From contig OX597819.1 in the NCBI GenBank assembly GCA_951406725.2, positions 130,200,001 to 130,264,000 of the forward strand: a stretch of 64,000 nucleotides of DNA. Direction: 5' to 3'. The translations under genes were made by a program, and so were the position numbers. Shown one piece after another: positions 1 to 14,244 of the stretch (positions are counted from its first letter, which is position 1; each line of letters opens with the position of its first letter). The notes beneath the pieces are model-generated. The model was not told the DNA's origin and ran no database searches. It was given only the letters and a program-made list of their open reading frames with translations. The stretch is from Octopus vulgaris. Taxonomy: Eukaryota.

Positions 1-14
1 ATTTTGAAAGACCG

Positions 15-121
<107 letters not shown>

Positions 122-366
122 CATATATACACACATTACATGCGCGCGCACACACATATATGGTTAAAATGTGCAAAAGCAAAAGACAGACAGGTCAGGG
201 AACTACAAGCAAGGTGTATTAGCTTGATGCTCGCGTAAAATGGAAAAGTATCTGACGTTTTCTGTCTACGCTCTTCGGCGGAGAAGGATGAAGAAAAACA
301 TGGAGAGAAAGAGAGAGAAAAAAAAGCGGCGAGAGAAAAAATAAACGTGTCGGGAACATTTATGTG

Positions 367-413
<47 letters not shown>

Positions 414-965
414 ACAAACACGCATGTATGCACGCACAAATACGTATAATGTGCGAGTAAAAGTGCACAACATAACCAGAATTTAGACCTGGACGAATTT
501 GTTTGTACTCTGTCAGAGAAACATTGGAAACTTTTTTTCATTATTTAGTCGAACTGCCTTGCCACTGATCTCAGTTTTGATAAAGACACCTGAGTGTAAC
601 TTAGAAAAACAAGGCTAAAATGTTAGTTCTTGAATAACGTACCCCATGTCATTCTTGCATGTATCTAGTAAATATTGTTAGACTGAATTCAATAATCGTA
701 GTCCAATGTATCAATTAAATCTTCGCATCATCAGAGTTTACTTTGGGATGGGACGATCACATTTGTACACTGGGGCAGGATTGTATAACTCAGCCTTGTA
801 ATCCTCACCGAAACATATGTAAGCACGACATAAGTGTATAGTTACCAACTAAAATCCCTGTCTTATTCTTTCTATCTTAAAGAACGAAAACGTTTATATA
901 ACGCGTTACGGTTTCAAGTTTTAGGCAGGTGCAAACCACGTGTCTGCGCAATATGTTGCTTTAGC

Positions 966-2980
966 TCATTCAGTTGTGGTTTACGTTTTTAATAATCATA
1001 TTTTCTTTAATAATCATATATTCATTAGTTTTGTCAGAACAAAGATAAAGTTGGAAAACTAAGAATTTGCGGGTTTATTTGGTGAAAATATATCTAAATA
1101 TTTACTTAAAGAAATCTGTCGAGTATTTTCTTTAAGGCGGCGAGCTGGCAGAAACGTTAGCACGCCGGGCGAAATGCTTAGCAGTATTTCGTCTGTCTCT
1201 ACGTTCTGAGTTCAAATTCCACCGAGGTCGACTTTGCCTTTCATCCTTTCGCACTGGGGTCGATCTGGTTGACTTAATCCCTATGTCTGTCCTTGTTTTG
1301 TCACTTCGGTGTTTAGCCCCTTGTGGGTAGTAAAGAAATAAGGAATTTGTCGAGTATTGGAATTGTATTTGTTGTCAATGAATAATGAGTCTGGCTCTCA
1401 AATCAGTTTCATTTAGCCTATGTAGGTTTCGTCACGGTCATTACATTCAATAGCAGAAATTAAATTTTTTGACACTCAGACAAAGTGATTTTTTTTTTTT
1501 AAGTGAAGACATGTCCCAACTTAAGTTTATGGGATGTCCCTTGTATTAGGATGATACAGGTTATGCAGTGGGAGCGATCTGTTTCAGGTATGTTTTTAGT
1601 AATTTTGTGGGACGTTTGGTTGTCTTTTGCTTTTAAGTATTTTGAATGCGTCGAACGTTTTTCTCATTGTTGGACTTTGCTTCAATAATGGGATATTTTT
1701 ATGGATCAAGTTGTACGTTTCTTGCGTTGTGTGTTATGGCTTAAGCTAGAGCGTTCGCTGTATCGCAATTGGTCTTTGTTCTTCGCAATTTTTGAATACA
1801 TCTTGCTTTCCGTTATCAAATAACATTGTTAGGTATGGTCTATTAAATTACATTTATTTTAGTTCTTGGTGTCTTTTACTGCTCACTTCCAAATTCGAAA
1901 CGATTCAACGTATTCTTCTGACCAGATTAAATGGCGTATTTGGTTTGGTGTGTTTTGGGCGGCTTGAAGAGTAAGTTTTGTTTTGAATCTGTTGCTTTAT
2001 AGTGAATGTCGAAAAGATAGTTGCAGGAAAGATAGTCGATTGTGACTGTATTCTTCTACGATATACATATTGGTGTTTATGTTATTAATTTGAATTCTGA
2101 ACTCATTAACTTAATCAAGTTCATAGGTCTACAGGATGCGGCAGTTATCCAAGTAACGTTCCCAATTTGTATAATTGGTACTCGTGGGAACTGATGCTAT
2201 GCATTAGTTTATATCATTCATATATTTGAACTTCTAGGTCAGCCTTAACAAAATTTGCGTAAATCGGGGCTGATGTCATTCCCACTGCAGTTCCTGATAT
2301 GTTTGTAAATGCAACTACTGAAGTCAAAAATATTAATTTTAAGATGAATTTCATTCCTTCAGTAATTAGTCATTTGTCTATTAGGTCTGGGATCGCATGA
2401 GATAATTTTTAAAGTTAGATTTCTCTGGCTTTTAGTTTATAGACTAAAAACAAAGTATTACAGAGATAGTATTACAGAGGTTTGTCACATCAAATAATTC
2501 AGTAAAGAAGTCTGCCGTAATATTTTTCGGAAAATGGTTGATCAAGTACAAGTACTGTCTTATAAAGCTTGGTATCTATTTCAAGATAAGTTTCAACAGA
2601 ACCTGCAAAGTTTTGAAGCCTGCATGTCTCACCTGCTACAACTGGTCGTAATTTAAGATCGTCCAGGTATGGTATTTCTATATAAGTTTAGGTTGGCTTT
2701 ATGACGGGTGTCCTATATTGTTTTGCCCCTATGAGTTTTTAGGAGATTGTATGAAATGCTTGTTTACACATACAGACAAAAAAAAATCGTAGTCGCATTC
2801 CTTGTTTGTTAAACCTTTTCAGCATAGCAAAAAGTAGGTACTAAGCTTTTTTCTTAGTTTCTGATAATTGGTTATCTTTTACATTTTTATAATAGTTCGG
2901 GTCCAATAATTTCTGTAGAAGTCAACATTCTCAATGACTACAGCATTCCTAATATCTGCTTTTACAATTATACAGTCATT
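966..2980 (-). mobile_element. Decayed Penelope-like element (RT + linker + GIY-YIG endonuclease) with many stops and frameshifts
   Basis: Manual minus-strand translation gives PLE motifs in the correct order: IIVKADIRNAVVI (~2970), DLKLRPVVAG (~2650), FDVTNL (~2485), GTAVGMTSAPIYANF (~2270), DIHYKATDSK...PKHTKPNTPFNLVRRI (~2000-1910), KSKRQP (~1625), CITC (~1560), SKNLISAIECNDRDETYIG (~1470-1416), C-terminal KPQLN (~970). Confidence 0.9.
1134..1340 (+). mobile_element. SINE family A (tRNA-like head, GCCTTTCATCCTTTCGGGGTCGATAAA core resembling the Meta/MESC domain), internally deleted, inserted in the PLE GIY-YIG region
   Basis: Matches other copies in the window (e.g. 58247-58478). Flanked by an imperfect TSD, gaaatctgtcgagtatt (1111-1127) / ggaatttgtcgagtatt (1342-1358); the PLE coding sequence resumes across it. 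Confidence 0.9.
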
Positions 2981-3399
2981 AGTGTTTATGTATGTCTATG
3001 ACAAACACACATACATACACGCGCGAGTGGACGCAAATACATATAGACATGCATACCTGCTTACCTACCAACCTACAATGTATACACACACACACACACA
3101 CACACACATACACACACACTTACATACATATATATAATAGCAAGAAGTAATATGCCAAACGGACAAACAAACCTCGGGGTTGTCTATCGATATGTTAGAA
3201 ATAGCTGCAAAAATCTCCCTCAGATCACTCCTGACTGTCTTAATATGAAGGCTAGAATTACATTCGATAAAATATCATATAACGATGTTGTGTAGGTCGG
3301 GGCGTGGAAGAGGGGGTGGTCATGGCTGTAGGGCTTTTGATCGTAGGTCAGTTCGGTTAGGACAGTCCTGGAGCTAAACAATAACAACACCACCTCCAT

Positions 3400-4898
3400 T
3401 ACCATCGCCATCATCTCCTATATTTCTACAACTACACCCATTACCTTCACAACCACTATCGACAATCATAACCCCCACCACAACCACAACCAACACCATC
3501 ACCACCATCACAGTAACAACAATTTCCATTACCACTGCAACCACCACCACCACCACCACCACCATCATCAACACCACCGTCTCGCCAACCGTGACCGCTG
3601 TCATCACGACAACGACGACGACGATGACGACAACCCTACCACGCCATGTTGTTCTCAGTGAGTTCCATTAAACCGACCCAAGGGATCGAGAATAAGAGAC
3701 CCCTCCAATGCACTTTGAGACTATACACTTGCTGTCGTTCGATCCACCCACCATCACTTCCACCATCTCCACGCCACAATGACAACCACCACCACCACCA
3801 CTACCACCCTGACCGCATCCCCACCCCGCACCCAGCACAGATTGATTTCACTTTAAACAATGATGTATTACTCACTAATCGCCTTATTTGTTGTTGCAGA
3901 TTTCTGTTTTCACGCGGCGCCATGATGCCGTCTCCATGTTGCTGGTGCTGTTCTTGTTGTTCTCTTGGCGGCGGCGGCGGCGGCGGTGCTGGTGGCGGTG
4001 GTGGTGGCGGTGGTGATAGTTTTAGTGGTGGTGGCGGCGGTGGCGGTGGTGGTGGTGGTGGTGGTGGCGGTGGTGATGGTGGTGGCGGTGGCGGTGTTGG
4101 TGGCGGTGGTGGCAGTGGTGATGGAGGTGGTGGTTGTGGCGGTAGTGGTGGTGGCGGCGGTGGTGGTGGTGGCGGCAGTGATGGTGGTGGTGGTGGCAGT
4201 GGCAGTGGTGGTGGTTTTGGTGGTGGTGGTGGCAGTGGCAGTGGTGGTGGTTTTGGTGGTGGTGGTGATGGTGGTGGTGGTGATGGTGGTGGTGGTGGTG
4301 GCGGTACGGTGGCGGTGGTAGTGGCATAATGATTGTGGCGGTGGTAGTAGTGAAGTAGTGGTAGAGGTGGTTGTTGTGGTAGTGGTGGCATCGTCATCAT
4401 CATGGTTCTTGTGATAATTGCCGTACTAGTGGCGGCAGAAGCGGCAGGCGTCATGGCTACTGGTTGTTGTTTCGGTGGTGGTACTAGTGGTAGTCACTGC
4501 TATGGCCATAGTAATAGTGTTGATGATGGTCATCGTGGTTGCTGCTGTTGTTGAGGTATTTGTTGTAGTGGTGGTGGTAGTCTGTGACTGTTGTTGTGTC
4601 TGTTATTGTTGTTAATGCGCCAGTAAAAGTGGTAGTAAATAGTGTAACAATAGTTTTAGTAAAGTTCTCTGGTCGCTGCCGTGATTGCTGCTGTTGTTGT
4701 AGTTGTAGCAGTGAAGCTGGAGGTTGTAGTTGTGGCGGCGGTAGTAGTGGTGACGGAGGTGGTATTCGATCTGGTAACAGTGTTGGTCGTAGTAGTAGTA
4801 GCTGTTGTTGTTATTGTTGTTGTTGCTGCTGTTGCTGCTGGTAGCGCTGGCGGTGGTAGTAGTAGTAGTAGCAGCAGTAGCAGGAGCAGCCATAGTAA

Positions 4899-4980
<82 letters not shown>

Positions 4981-4999
4981 TGTGGTGGTGGTGGTGGTT

Positions 5000-5034
<35 letters not shown>

Positions 5035-5080
5035 GGTGGTGGTGGTGGTGGTGGTGGTGGTAGTAGTTGTAGTAGTAGTA
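3400..5080. repeat. Large cryptic triplet-repeat block (CAC/GGT/GTA/TGC)
   Basis: Degenerate (ACC)n, (GGT)n and (AGT)n tracts; these produce the poly-G/P/V/H ORFs in the track. Confidence 0.9.
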
Positions 5081-5289
5081 GAGACGTTGACCTTTGTGAC
5101 GTTGTTTCTGTAAACTATGATAACAGGCGTTCCTGCCGTGTTCTTCCCCTATTTCTTTCTCCTCAGACATAATAATGCACATAGGACTACATAATCCAGC
5201 GAGTATCTTCCCCTTTCATGATAAGATATGAATTAAGGGATTTTTGTGTGCTATTCCCAGCATATTATTACTGTTGACAATACAATAGC

Positions 5290-5515
5290 AAGAGAAGGGA
5301 AGCCGACGGGATGGAAGACACGTTAGCTCCGTCGGACAAAATGCTTAGTAGACCTTTTAGCTCTTTACGTTCTGAGCTCAAATGTTGCCGCAGACGACTT
5401 TGCCTTTCATCCTTTCGGTGTTGATAAATTAAGTACCAGTGGAGCACTAGGGGGCGACGTAATTGACTTCCCCTCCCTAAAAAATTGCTGGCCTTGTGCC
5501 AAATTTAGAAAAGAA
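5290..5515 (+). mobile_element. Diverged SINE family A copy
   Basis: gactttgcctttcatcctttcggtgttgataaattaagtaccag core and the ttgctggccttgtgccaaattt tail variant. Confidence 0.8.
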
Positions 5516-5529
5516 AAAAATAGCAAGAG

Positions 5530-5652
5530 AAATGGAGGCGGTGGTTGTAGTGGTGGAAATGATAGTGGCAGTGGTGGTGATAATGTTGGTATTATTGTTG
5601 GTGGTGATGGTAGTGGTAATGGTGGTAGCGGCAGAAGCAGCAGCAGCAGCAT

Positions 5653-5711
<59 letters not shown>

Positions 5712-5854
5712 ATGGTGGTGGTGGTGGTGATGCTGGTAGTTTTAGTAGTGGAAACGGTAATACTGGAAGAGGTGGAAGTGGTGACATTGATAGTGATGAT
5801 GAAGGTGGTAGGAAATGAGATAACATGCGTGTGTGTGTGTGTGTGTGTGCGTGC

Positions 5855-5916
<62 letters not shown>

Positions 5917-6127
5917 GTGTGTGTTTTCATGTATTGCTGGCCTAGTGCCAAAATTTCAAACTTTTATTAAGCTTGTATTAGTTGTCAAACGGATATGAAC
6001 GAAAATGATGACGAAGATGACAGAGGCGGCGGCGGCGACGGTGGTGGTGGTGGTGGTGGTGGTGGCGTCGGTGGTGGTAGTGATGGTGGTGATGCTTGTG
6101 GTGGTGGTGGCGGTGGTGGCGGTGGTG

Positions 6128-6159
<32 letters not shown>

Positions 6160-6350
6160 GGTATTGATATTGGTGGTGCCGAACTTGACGACCACGACGG
6201 TGATAATAATAATAATAATGTTGCTGCTGCTGCTGATGATGACAATGACGATGCCTACGACGACGACGACGACGACGACGACAGCTATGACTGCCATGAC
6301 GGCGACGGCGGCGGCGGCGATGCATGTTGATGAGGATTACGATGATGTTG
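5530..6350. repeat. Triplet (GTA/GGT/GAC) and (TG)n microsatellite block
   Basis: Directly visible simple repeats. Confidence 0.9.
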
Positions 6351-6759
6351 TTATTGTTAGCGCTATTTCTGCTTGTTAACAATCGCCATTATCGATGTTA
6401 TTGATATCATTGTTATGGTTATTTAGCCTTAATAGGTAAGGTGGGCACCTGTCTTTTTTCTTTCCTTTTTTTTTTTAAGTGCCTCTTAATTGCTTCATAT
6501 TTGAAATGGGTTTCCATTTTTGTTATAATTTTTATTATTTATAACGATATTGTTGTGAACTGAACTCGTAACTCTTCCAATGTCGTTGCTATTGTTGTTA
6601 CTGCCACTGCTGCCGCTGCTGCTGCTGTTGTTGTTGTTGTTGTTGTTAATTCTATTCATGTTATTGTCGTTGTCGATATCTAGTAATTGTTCCCATTGCC
6701 GTTAAGGTGTTAATGTGTTAATTCAGCTATTTTATTCATTTTTATATTCATATATTCAC

Positions 6760-7107
<348 letters not shown>

Positions 7108-7366
7108 GGTTTCTTCTTTCTGCATCTTGCAGCTGATATGTTTGATCTCGTGGACGATATTATTACTATTAAAAGGAAATTAGAAAAATAAAAATCGAAT
7201 TATTATTATTGTCATTATTATTGTTATCGTGATTGTTATTGTTGTTATTGTTCCGTTTGTTGATATTTCGTTGTTGTGGTGCTGCTTGTGGTTGTTATTA
7301 GCAAGCTGTTCTCTTCATAAAACCGATGCCATGAAAGCTAACATTGTATTTTCACAATTTTTGTAG

Positions 7367-7454
7367 ACGAAAGTTGGAAAGTTGATTGTTGATATTGTTT
7401 ACGGCATTTTCAGGGAAAAGAGAGCGTAAATGCATTCAGTTTTCTTCTTTTCAG
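7367..7454 (+). other. Candidate 88-nt spliceosomal exon
   Basis: Branch-like GCTAAC (7337-7342), pyrimidine tract, TAG acceptor ending at 7366, and strong CAG|GTGAGA donor at 7454/7455, all in non-repetitive sequence. No transcript evidence. Confidence 0.3.
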
Positions 7455-7729
7455 GTGAGACACAATACCTTTATTCCTCACTGTGTGCATCCAGTGAATA
7501 TTTTATAGTTTTATAAAAAATATGAAGAAGTATGTAGTTTGAAAAGAAAGCTACGGTGGGAGTTAGACAACTACGGTGACGATGGTAACTGCAAGGTCAA
7601 GCTATCGTTTGCCGTTCAAGCTATCGTCTGCGTTTAAGCAATCGTCTGCCTTGTAATCTTTGCATGCTATATCGAAAAACCACACATCATCCTAAATGTT
7701 TTCGGTGTAATGTAATAATGGTTTTTGAT

Positions 7730-7960
7730 TTAGGCACAGCAAATTTCATGGGAAGAGTTTTAGTAAATACCATCTACTAATATACCTCCCCTCAAAAAGT
7801 CGATGAAATAAAGTATTTGACTGGTATATTTGATTGAACAGGAAGAAATGAACGACAAAGTTGAACTCGGCGGGATTTGAACTCACAATTATATAATTGC
7901 AAGGAAAACCACTGAGTATTTTTATCGGATTTTCTTATGATTCTGCCAGCTCGCTGTTCT
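7730..7960 (-). mobile_element. Diverged SINE family A copy
   Basis: aactcggcgggatttgaactcaca and gattctgccagctcgc match the reverse complement of family A. Confidence 0.7.
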
Positions 7961-10174
7961 TCGGTGCAATGTAATAATAAATGCGCAGATGTTAACTCTG
8001 ACAACACCAGTATGGTCATAATGCAAAAGTGACTAAGCTTTATGTTCGCCAGCTGAAAGCGGCTTTCGAAGATTTCATTTTCAGTTGCTGGTATGATATT
8101 TGGTTTCAGGGGTATATTTTAAAAACAGTTTTAACATTCCAGCAACCAAATTTTAAGGTCAAAATTTCATAAAAGAAGACCCAATGAAAATATTTAACGG
8201 GCAGAGATTTTCAGTCTATGTTGCTGTACGTTTTCTTATTTATAAATAAGATTTTAAATAATTTAAGAAATATATGTTGCGATTCTGGAAGGGAAAAGAA
8301 ATATTTGCGATTCTCCTTATCAAACAACTTGGCTACAACTGCTATAGGGCAATACACTCGTAAGATGGAAGAAGAAAATGTTATAAGAAGCAACGACAAC
8401 AAAGAAAGACGGTTATGACAACGACAGCAATGAGAAACAAAACTACTGAGCTACACAACCAACGACAAAATTATGAAGGTAAAAAATAATGCGGTACAAG
8501 AAGAAAATATTTAAAAAAGATGGATGAAAAAGGCAGTAAACAAAAATTATGAGAATCTCCGCGAGAAGTCGAAAGAATACCATCATCATCATCGTTATCA
8601 TTGTCGTAATCGTCATTATCACCATAATCATCATCATCATTATCATCTACAACAACATTAGCATAACCAATAAAAAACCCAATCCACTACCCTTAATTTA
8701 TTGACCCCATGCGAAAGCATGAAAGTCAGACTTGATTTTAGCTTGATTTGAGTTCAGAATATGAAGGGCAGGAACATGCCTCATTTTCCCCTACACTTGA
8801 TTCTGACAAATTCACTATTTCATCCATCCAGGGCTGATAAAGAAAAGGGAAACCTGTCGAGTTTTACGTTTTATAAATCAATTTTGTCCTCCCTTCAAAA
8901 TGTTGTGGCATTACACGAAATTTAGAACAGAAACGGTTTTGGAAGTTTTATTGTCTGTAGAGTATACGTAGCATGAAAAATAGCGGCCATTCTAAATATA
9001 AATGCTCAGCATAATAATAGATTTTAGACTTTTCCTTCGTTTCTTATTGGTTATTGACTTTTTCGTCAGAATGCAATACCAAACGGATGGAACTAAATTC
9101 TAGCCCCACCAGACTGGTATCTCACCAAGTGAGTATTAACACGCGCGCGCGCGCGCACGGACAAATACATATATCTGAGTTGTTTTGTTTGTGTTTCTGG
9201 GTGTACTCGTGCGGATTTTTATGTGCTTGTATATGGCTTATTTTGAGAAATGGTAACTAAATCTTCCCCAAACCACACCCTATTTTCTATTAAAATGTAG
9301 CAAAACGTAGAAAATCATGAAGTTGTAGAAGAGTGGCAGTAAAGAAAAGTTTAGAATTATGTTTGTGTAACGTCAAACTCTCTGTTTTTCTTCCCCTTTA
9401 GTTATTTAGTCACTCCTATGCCTACCACTGGGATGGAGGTATAGAGAGATATAGAGTCCGACCACTGATTTAACTCGATTACTTATCGCACATCTATTTA
9501 CTACAGAACACTCTCATCACCTCGCAGACTCTGCGGTAATTTAAGTTAACTTCGCAGTTCTACATTAAGTATCCATTGTAGCTCAAATGTTCTTCACAAC
9601 CTACAAGAAAAAAAACTTACAATTTAAGTCCTTTGAAATTCTCTCGGTTGTACTGCGGCAGATGAGGTGGAAAGAATGATTTACAACGTCTAGAGTAAAA
9701 ACCCACCCAATAAACTGAACAACTTCTGCCCAGGACCTTCACTCCTGCAACACCGTTATTCGAACTACGATGATTGCTTTCGCTGGTCTTACATTCCACA
9801 AGCTTCCCCATCACTCAAACAGCCCATATCCATTTGGTCCCCGGCCAAAGACATCACTACCAATTTCGTGGAGCCCCTATTCTTCAACTTCTCAAACATG
9901 ATATTATATGAGCAATACTTCTTCCCAGAAACCCTTCACACTCTCTGCCCGCTTAGCTTCTAAATGAACATAGAATCTACCAGATAAATCTTCTCCAAAA
10001 CTGTCCCTTTACATCGCACCAAACTTATAGAAGCCAAGGGCAAACGTGTGTTTGGTCCCTTCAAGCCACCAACACCCACGATGCCTCTCTCATTATTCTC
10101 AAACAATGCGCAGCAGACCTAAATCATATTATACACGTATATACCTACATACATACATGCATGCATACATACAT

Positions 10175-10480
10175 GATGGCTGCCCCTCGTTATCGAGTAT
10201 GGCCATTGCACGAAGCTTAACTGTTATTGGTGCTGTGATCGAATGTGACTTTTTAGCCCAGTTAAAGATCTATAATGTCTTGTACAAAATTGGCAACTGA
10301 GACCTTTACTGGGCTTCGTGTACCTTTGCATGTCTTTTAAGTCCTCCTGCCGAATTACACTCTCTTCCACATGCCCGACAGATATGATTAGTATTGTGTG
10401 TAACACCACCACCAGTGGCCAGATTGTCACTCATCTGTCTCGCTTTATGACTACGAAGATGACTCTTGAGTCCAGCTTTA
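10175..10480 (-). mobile_element. 3' end of a LINE (probably RTE clade) encoding C2H2-like zinc fingers
   Basis: Translation AGLKSHLRSH...CRACGRECNSAGGLKRHAKVH...CQFCTRHYRSLTGLKSHIRSQH (frameshifted), then a short 3' UTR (CTCGATAACGAGGGGCAGCCATC) running directly into a (TGTA)n tract. Confidence 0.6.
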
Positions 10481-10582
10481 CATACATACATACATACATA
10501 CATACACACACGCACACAACACACATACATACAAATGCATACACACACCCTCTCCTATATATATATTGTGTGTGTATGTATA

Positions 10583-10971
10583 TTTGCGTGAGTGTTATTA
10601 AAACAGTGAGTTCTAAAAGGGTTGTGTTGTTTCGCTTGAGCAAAACGTAATCTCGGCTTTTATATATATGTACGTTTTCGCGCACGCTGACACTCACAAT
10701 CACACAAAATGGAGTATGTCAGCGTTTGCACAGTGAAACAGGTTTGCTATTCGTAAAGTGTGAATGAACATAATATCTCTTTTCCCCCTATATATAAAGT
10801 GTATGTGTGGGGGGTATATATACATATGTGTGTGGGGTGTATATATATGTGTGTGTGTATATGTATATATACATGTGTATATATATGTGTGTGCGTTTGT
10901 GTGTATATATATATATATATACATGTATGTATATAAATATATAAACAAATATATTTATATATATACATATA

Positions 10972-11007
<36 letters not shown>

Positions 11008-11015
11008 TGTATGTA

Positions 11016-11046
<31 letters not shown>

Positions 11047-11327
11047 TGAGATGCATACGTAGAGACATTGAAGCGCAAACTCTCATACACCCATCGGCTG
11101 TCTTCTTCAAAGGCTTGCCCTTACGACCCAATGTGTTCAGACTATCAGTGTGAGCGAGGTAAGGCCATAATTTTTGAGTAATTGCTGTTTCAAATAACTT
11201 CTATTGAAATAGATTGGTGTGTTTTATAAAAGTTTTATATCATGTTCACTATTTGATCTATCAAGTGGCCGCTGTAGTCTCTAGTATGTGTAGAGTTGCA
11301 TCAGGAAAAATTGACACTCACAATGTA
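10583..11327. mobile_element. Possible decayed Tc1/mariner-derived element interrupted by microsatellite
   Basis: Imperfect terminal inverted match: ttgcgtgagtgttatt at the left versus the reverse complement of aattgacactcacaat at the right. Confidence 0.3.
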
Positions 11328-11584
11328 TGTCTGGTGATTATTAATTGATTTATCTACTAATATACTGGCTGAATTTAATTCGATAGAATAATTACACACA
11401 ACGACAAAAACACACGCACTCACACACACACACAGAGGCACACACGCGCGCGCACACGTACATACAGACATTCGCACATACCCACATAGAAAGGCAGAAA
11501 CATACACACGTTTGTATATATATATATCTATCTATATATATATGTATATATATATATCTATATATATACATGTATGTATATATG

Positions 11585-11640
<56 letters not shown>

Positions 11641-11829
11641 CATATTTATGTGTGAATGTACGTATGTATGTACGCACACATACACACGCCTTTGTATTAA
11701 AAAATAAACCGATATATATATATGTTGAAAAATATTTTTGATTTATCCTTATAGAAACACACATACACACATATATATATATATATGTATGTTTATATAT
11801 ATATATGTGTATGTGTATATATATACATA

Positions 11830-11865
<36 letters not shown>

Positions 11866-12493
11866 TGTATGTATGTATGTATGTATGTGTGTATGCATGT
11901 ATTTATATATGTATTTATATATGTATTTATATAGTGTCTATTTGTGTGCGCATGTGTTCAGAGAGAGTAATTATTCTATTGAAATACACACTATAACAGG
12001 AGATTAATGAATAAATCAGTTACTATGTACATATGTATGTTTGTCTATATACATACACAACCACAAACACGCGCACTCATATATGTGTACACACTCACAC
12101 ACACACATACTTATGGATATACATACCTGCATGTGCGTAGATATATTTCATACATACATACATACATACATACATACATACATGCATGCATATATACATA
12201 TATATATATATACGTATACATAGATACACACATACACACATATATATATGTTTGTGAGTATGTGTGTGCGTAGGTATGTATGTATGCATCTATATAAAGG
12301 TACATACATTCGTGCGTGTACAGAGATGTATTTTATTGCATTAAATACATACAAGGCATACATTACGCACGTGCCATTATATATATATAACATTGCATAC
12401 AAAACGTGCATGGATGTATATGCACATACAAATATATACAAATATTGATAACTACATAACTACATAATTACATACATATATATATATATACAT

Positions 12494-12547
<54 letters not shown>

Positions 12548-12829
12548 GCATATATGCGAGGTTGATACTTAATGTACGATATGTCGTATTTATGTATAAT
12601 GCAAACCATTTGGGAAAACAATATCATCTAATGTTCTCGTTGCAAACTAACAGAACGGTGATAAATACCTACCTAACAACCAACCGGCCAACAAACCAGC
12701 CAGCCAGCCAGCCAACCAACACACGTATATAACAGAACAAGAGAGGAGCAGACGAGCAGACATGAAGAAGCAGACGTTTACGGTAACTGGACATTATTTA
12801 ATTTGGAGGGAAATAAACAAATATATATA

Positions 12830-12946
12830 GAGAGGGTGAGAGAGTGGGGGGGAGAGAGGCAGACAGGTAGATAAAGAGTTAGTGACAGATAGATAGAGAG
12901 AGGGAGAGGGGGAGAGGCAGACTGGTAGATAGAGAGTTAGAGATAG

Positions 12947-12984
<38 letters not shown>

Positions 12985-13079
12985 GCAGACTGGTAGATAG
13001 AGAGTTATAGATAGATAGATAGAGAGAGAAAGAGAGGGGGCGGGGAGAGGCAAACTGGTAGATAGAGAGTTAGAGATAG

Positions 13080-13111
<32 letters not shown>

Positions 13112-13140
13112 GGGAGACAGACTGGTAGATAGAGAGTTAG

Positions 13141-13184
<44 letters not shown>

Positions 13185-13205
13185 GCAGACTGGTAGATAG
13201 AGAGT

Positions 13206-13237
<32 letters not shown>

Positions 13238-13346
13238 AAGAGAGGGGGCGGGGAGAGGCAGACTGGTAGATAGAGAGTTAGAGATAGATAGATAGATAGA
13301 GAGAGAGAGAGGGGAGACAGACTGGTAGATAGAGAGTTAGAGATAG

Positions 13347-13404
<58 letters not shown>

Positions 13405-13440
13405 GTAGATAGATTGATAGAAAGATAGCTGGATAGATAT
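12830..13440. repeat. ~65-bp compound minisatellite (GGCAGACTGGTAGATAGAGAGTTA + (GATA)n + (GA)n), about 8 units
   Basis: Anchor motif recurs near 12860, 12920, 12987, 13053, 13120, 13187, 13260 and 13320. Confidence 0.9.
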
Positions 13441-13441
13441 A

Positions 13442-13472
<31 letters not shown>

Positions 13473-13597
13473 CTTTTTTTGTAGCTGTAGCTTCAGCCCA
13501 GAGCTGCGGCCATGCCGATGCACAGCCGTTGAGAAAGTTGTAGTGATCCCTGTTGTACTCTTTCGCCACAACTTTCTCAACGGCGGTGCATAATAAC

Positions 13598-13627
<30 letters not shown>

Positions 13628-13628
<1 letters not shown>

Positions 13629-13960
13629 GTGCCCTAGATATGGTAAAAAAAGGGATGTCAGAAACATCTAGATAAGATCCCAGGAGAACCATGTTTCAGA
13701 GAAATCCAACAGATTGTACTGACAAGTATTGCCCACATCCTTAGCAAAACCCTATCAATTTAAATATCTGTGTTGTATTACATGAAGATATTTCGCTACT
13801 GCCCCGGCCACTGCCCTGGCCACTGCCCCGGCCACTGCCCCAGCCACTTCTCCTCCCCAAGCTTTTAGTCATACTCTAACATCTCTTCCCTCGCACCTAG
13901 GTGCTGGATGTGTCTCGGCAAGTCATTGTAACAAGCATGCAAATTAAAAGTAAAAAAAAA
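13628..13960 (+). mobile_element. 5'-truncated 3' end of an R4/Dong-like RLE non-LTR retrotransposon
   Basis: SALDMVKKG...HLDKIPGEPCFREIQQIVLTSIAHILSKTLSI* resembles the RLE-LINE C-terminus (GALG...EIQK..L.GTAHILRK.L). Starts immediately after (TAA)n and ends in an A/(AAG)n tract. Confidence 0.7.
13798..13850. repeat. 12-bp tandem repeat CTGCCCCGGCCA, about 4 copies
   Basis: Directly visible. Confidence 0.85.
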
Positions 13961-14244
13961 AAGAAGAAGAAGAAGGAGGAGGAGGAGGAGAAGAAGAAGA
14001 AGAAGAAGAAGAAGAAGAAGAAGAAGAAGAAGAAGAAGAAGGAGGATGGGGAGGAGGAGGAGGAGGAGGAGGAGGAGGAGAGAATGTTGAGACTGGCACT
14101 TGGATGTTGAGTATCATGGAAGATGTCTCTGTGTGATTCTTGATAACCGGTTGTTGTCTGCTTTTACAGAATATGCCGGAGAAAGTGAAATCGAGAGCTT
14201 TGCGAAGTGAAATTTTGAATTCAAAATGACGTAATAATAATGGT

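Noticed and set aside
3801-4454. Extensin/formin-like poly-proline ORF
   Set aside because: It is the antisense reading of (GGT)n, with no flanking globular domain.
10224-10548. Host C2H2 zinc-finger gene
   Set aside because: Frameshifted, lacks TGEKP linkers and splice signals, and ends in a retroposon-like tail; better explained as a LINE C-terminus.
12830-13440. CRISPR-like repeat-spacer array
   Set aside because: The spacers are simple repeats rather than unique sequence, the context is eukaryotic, and there are no cas genes.
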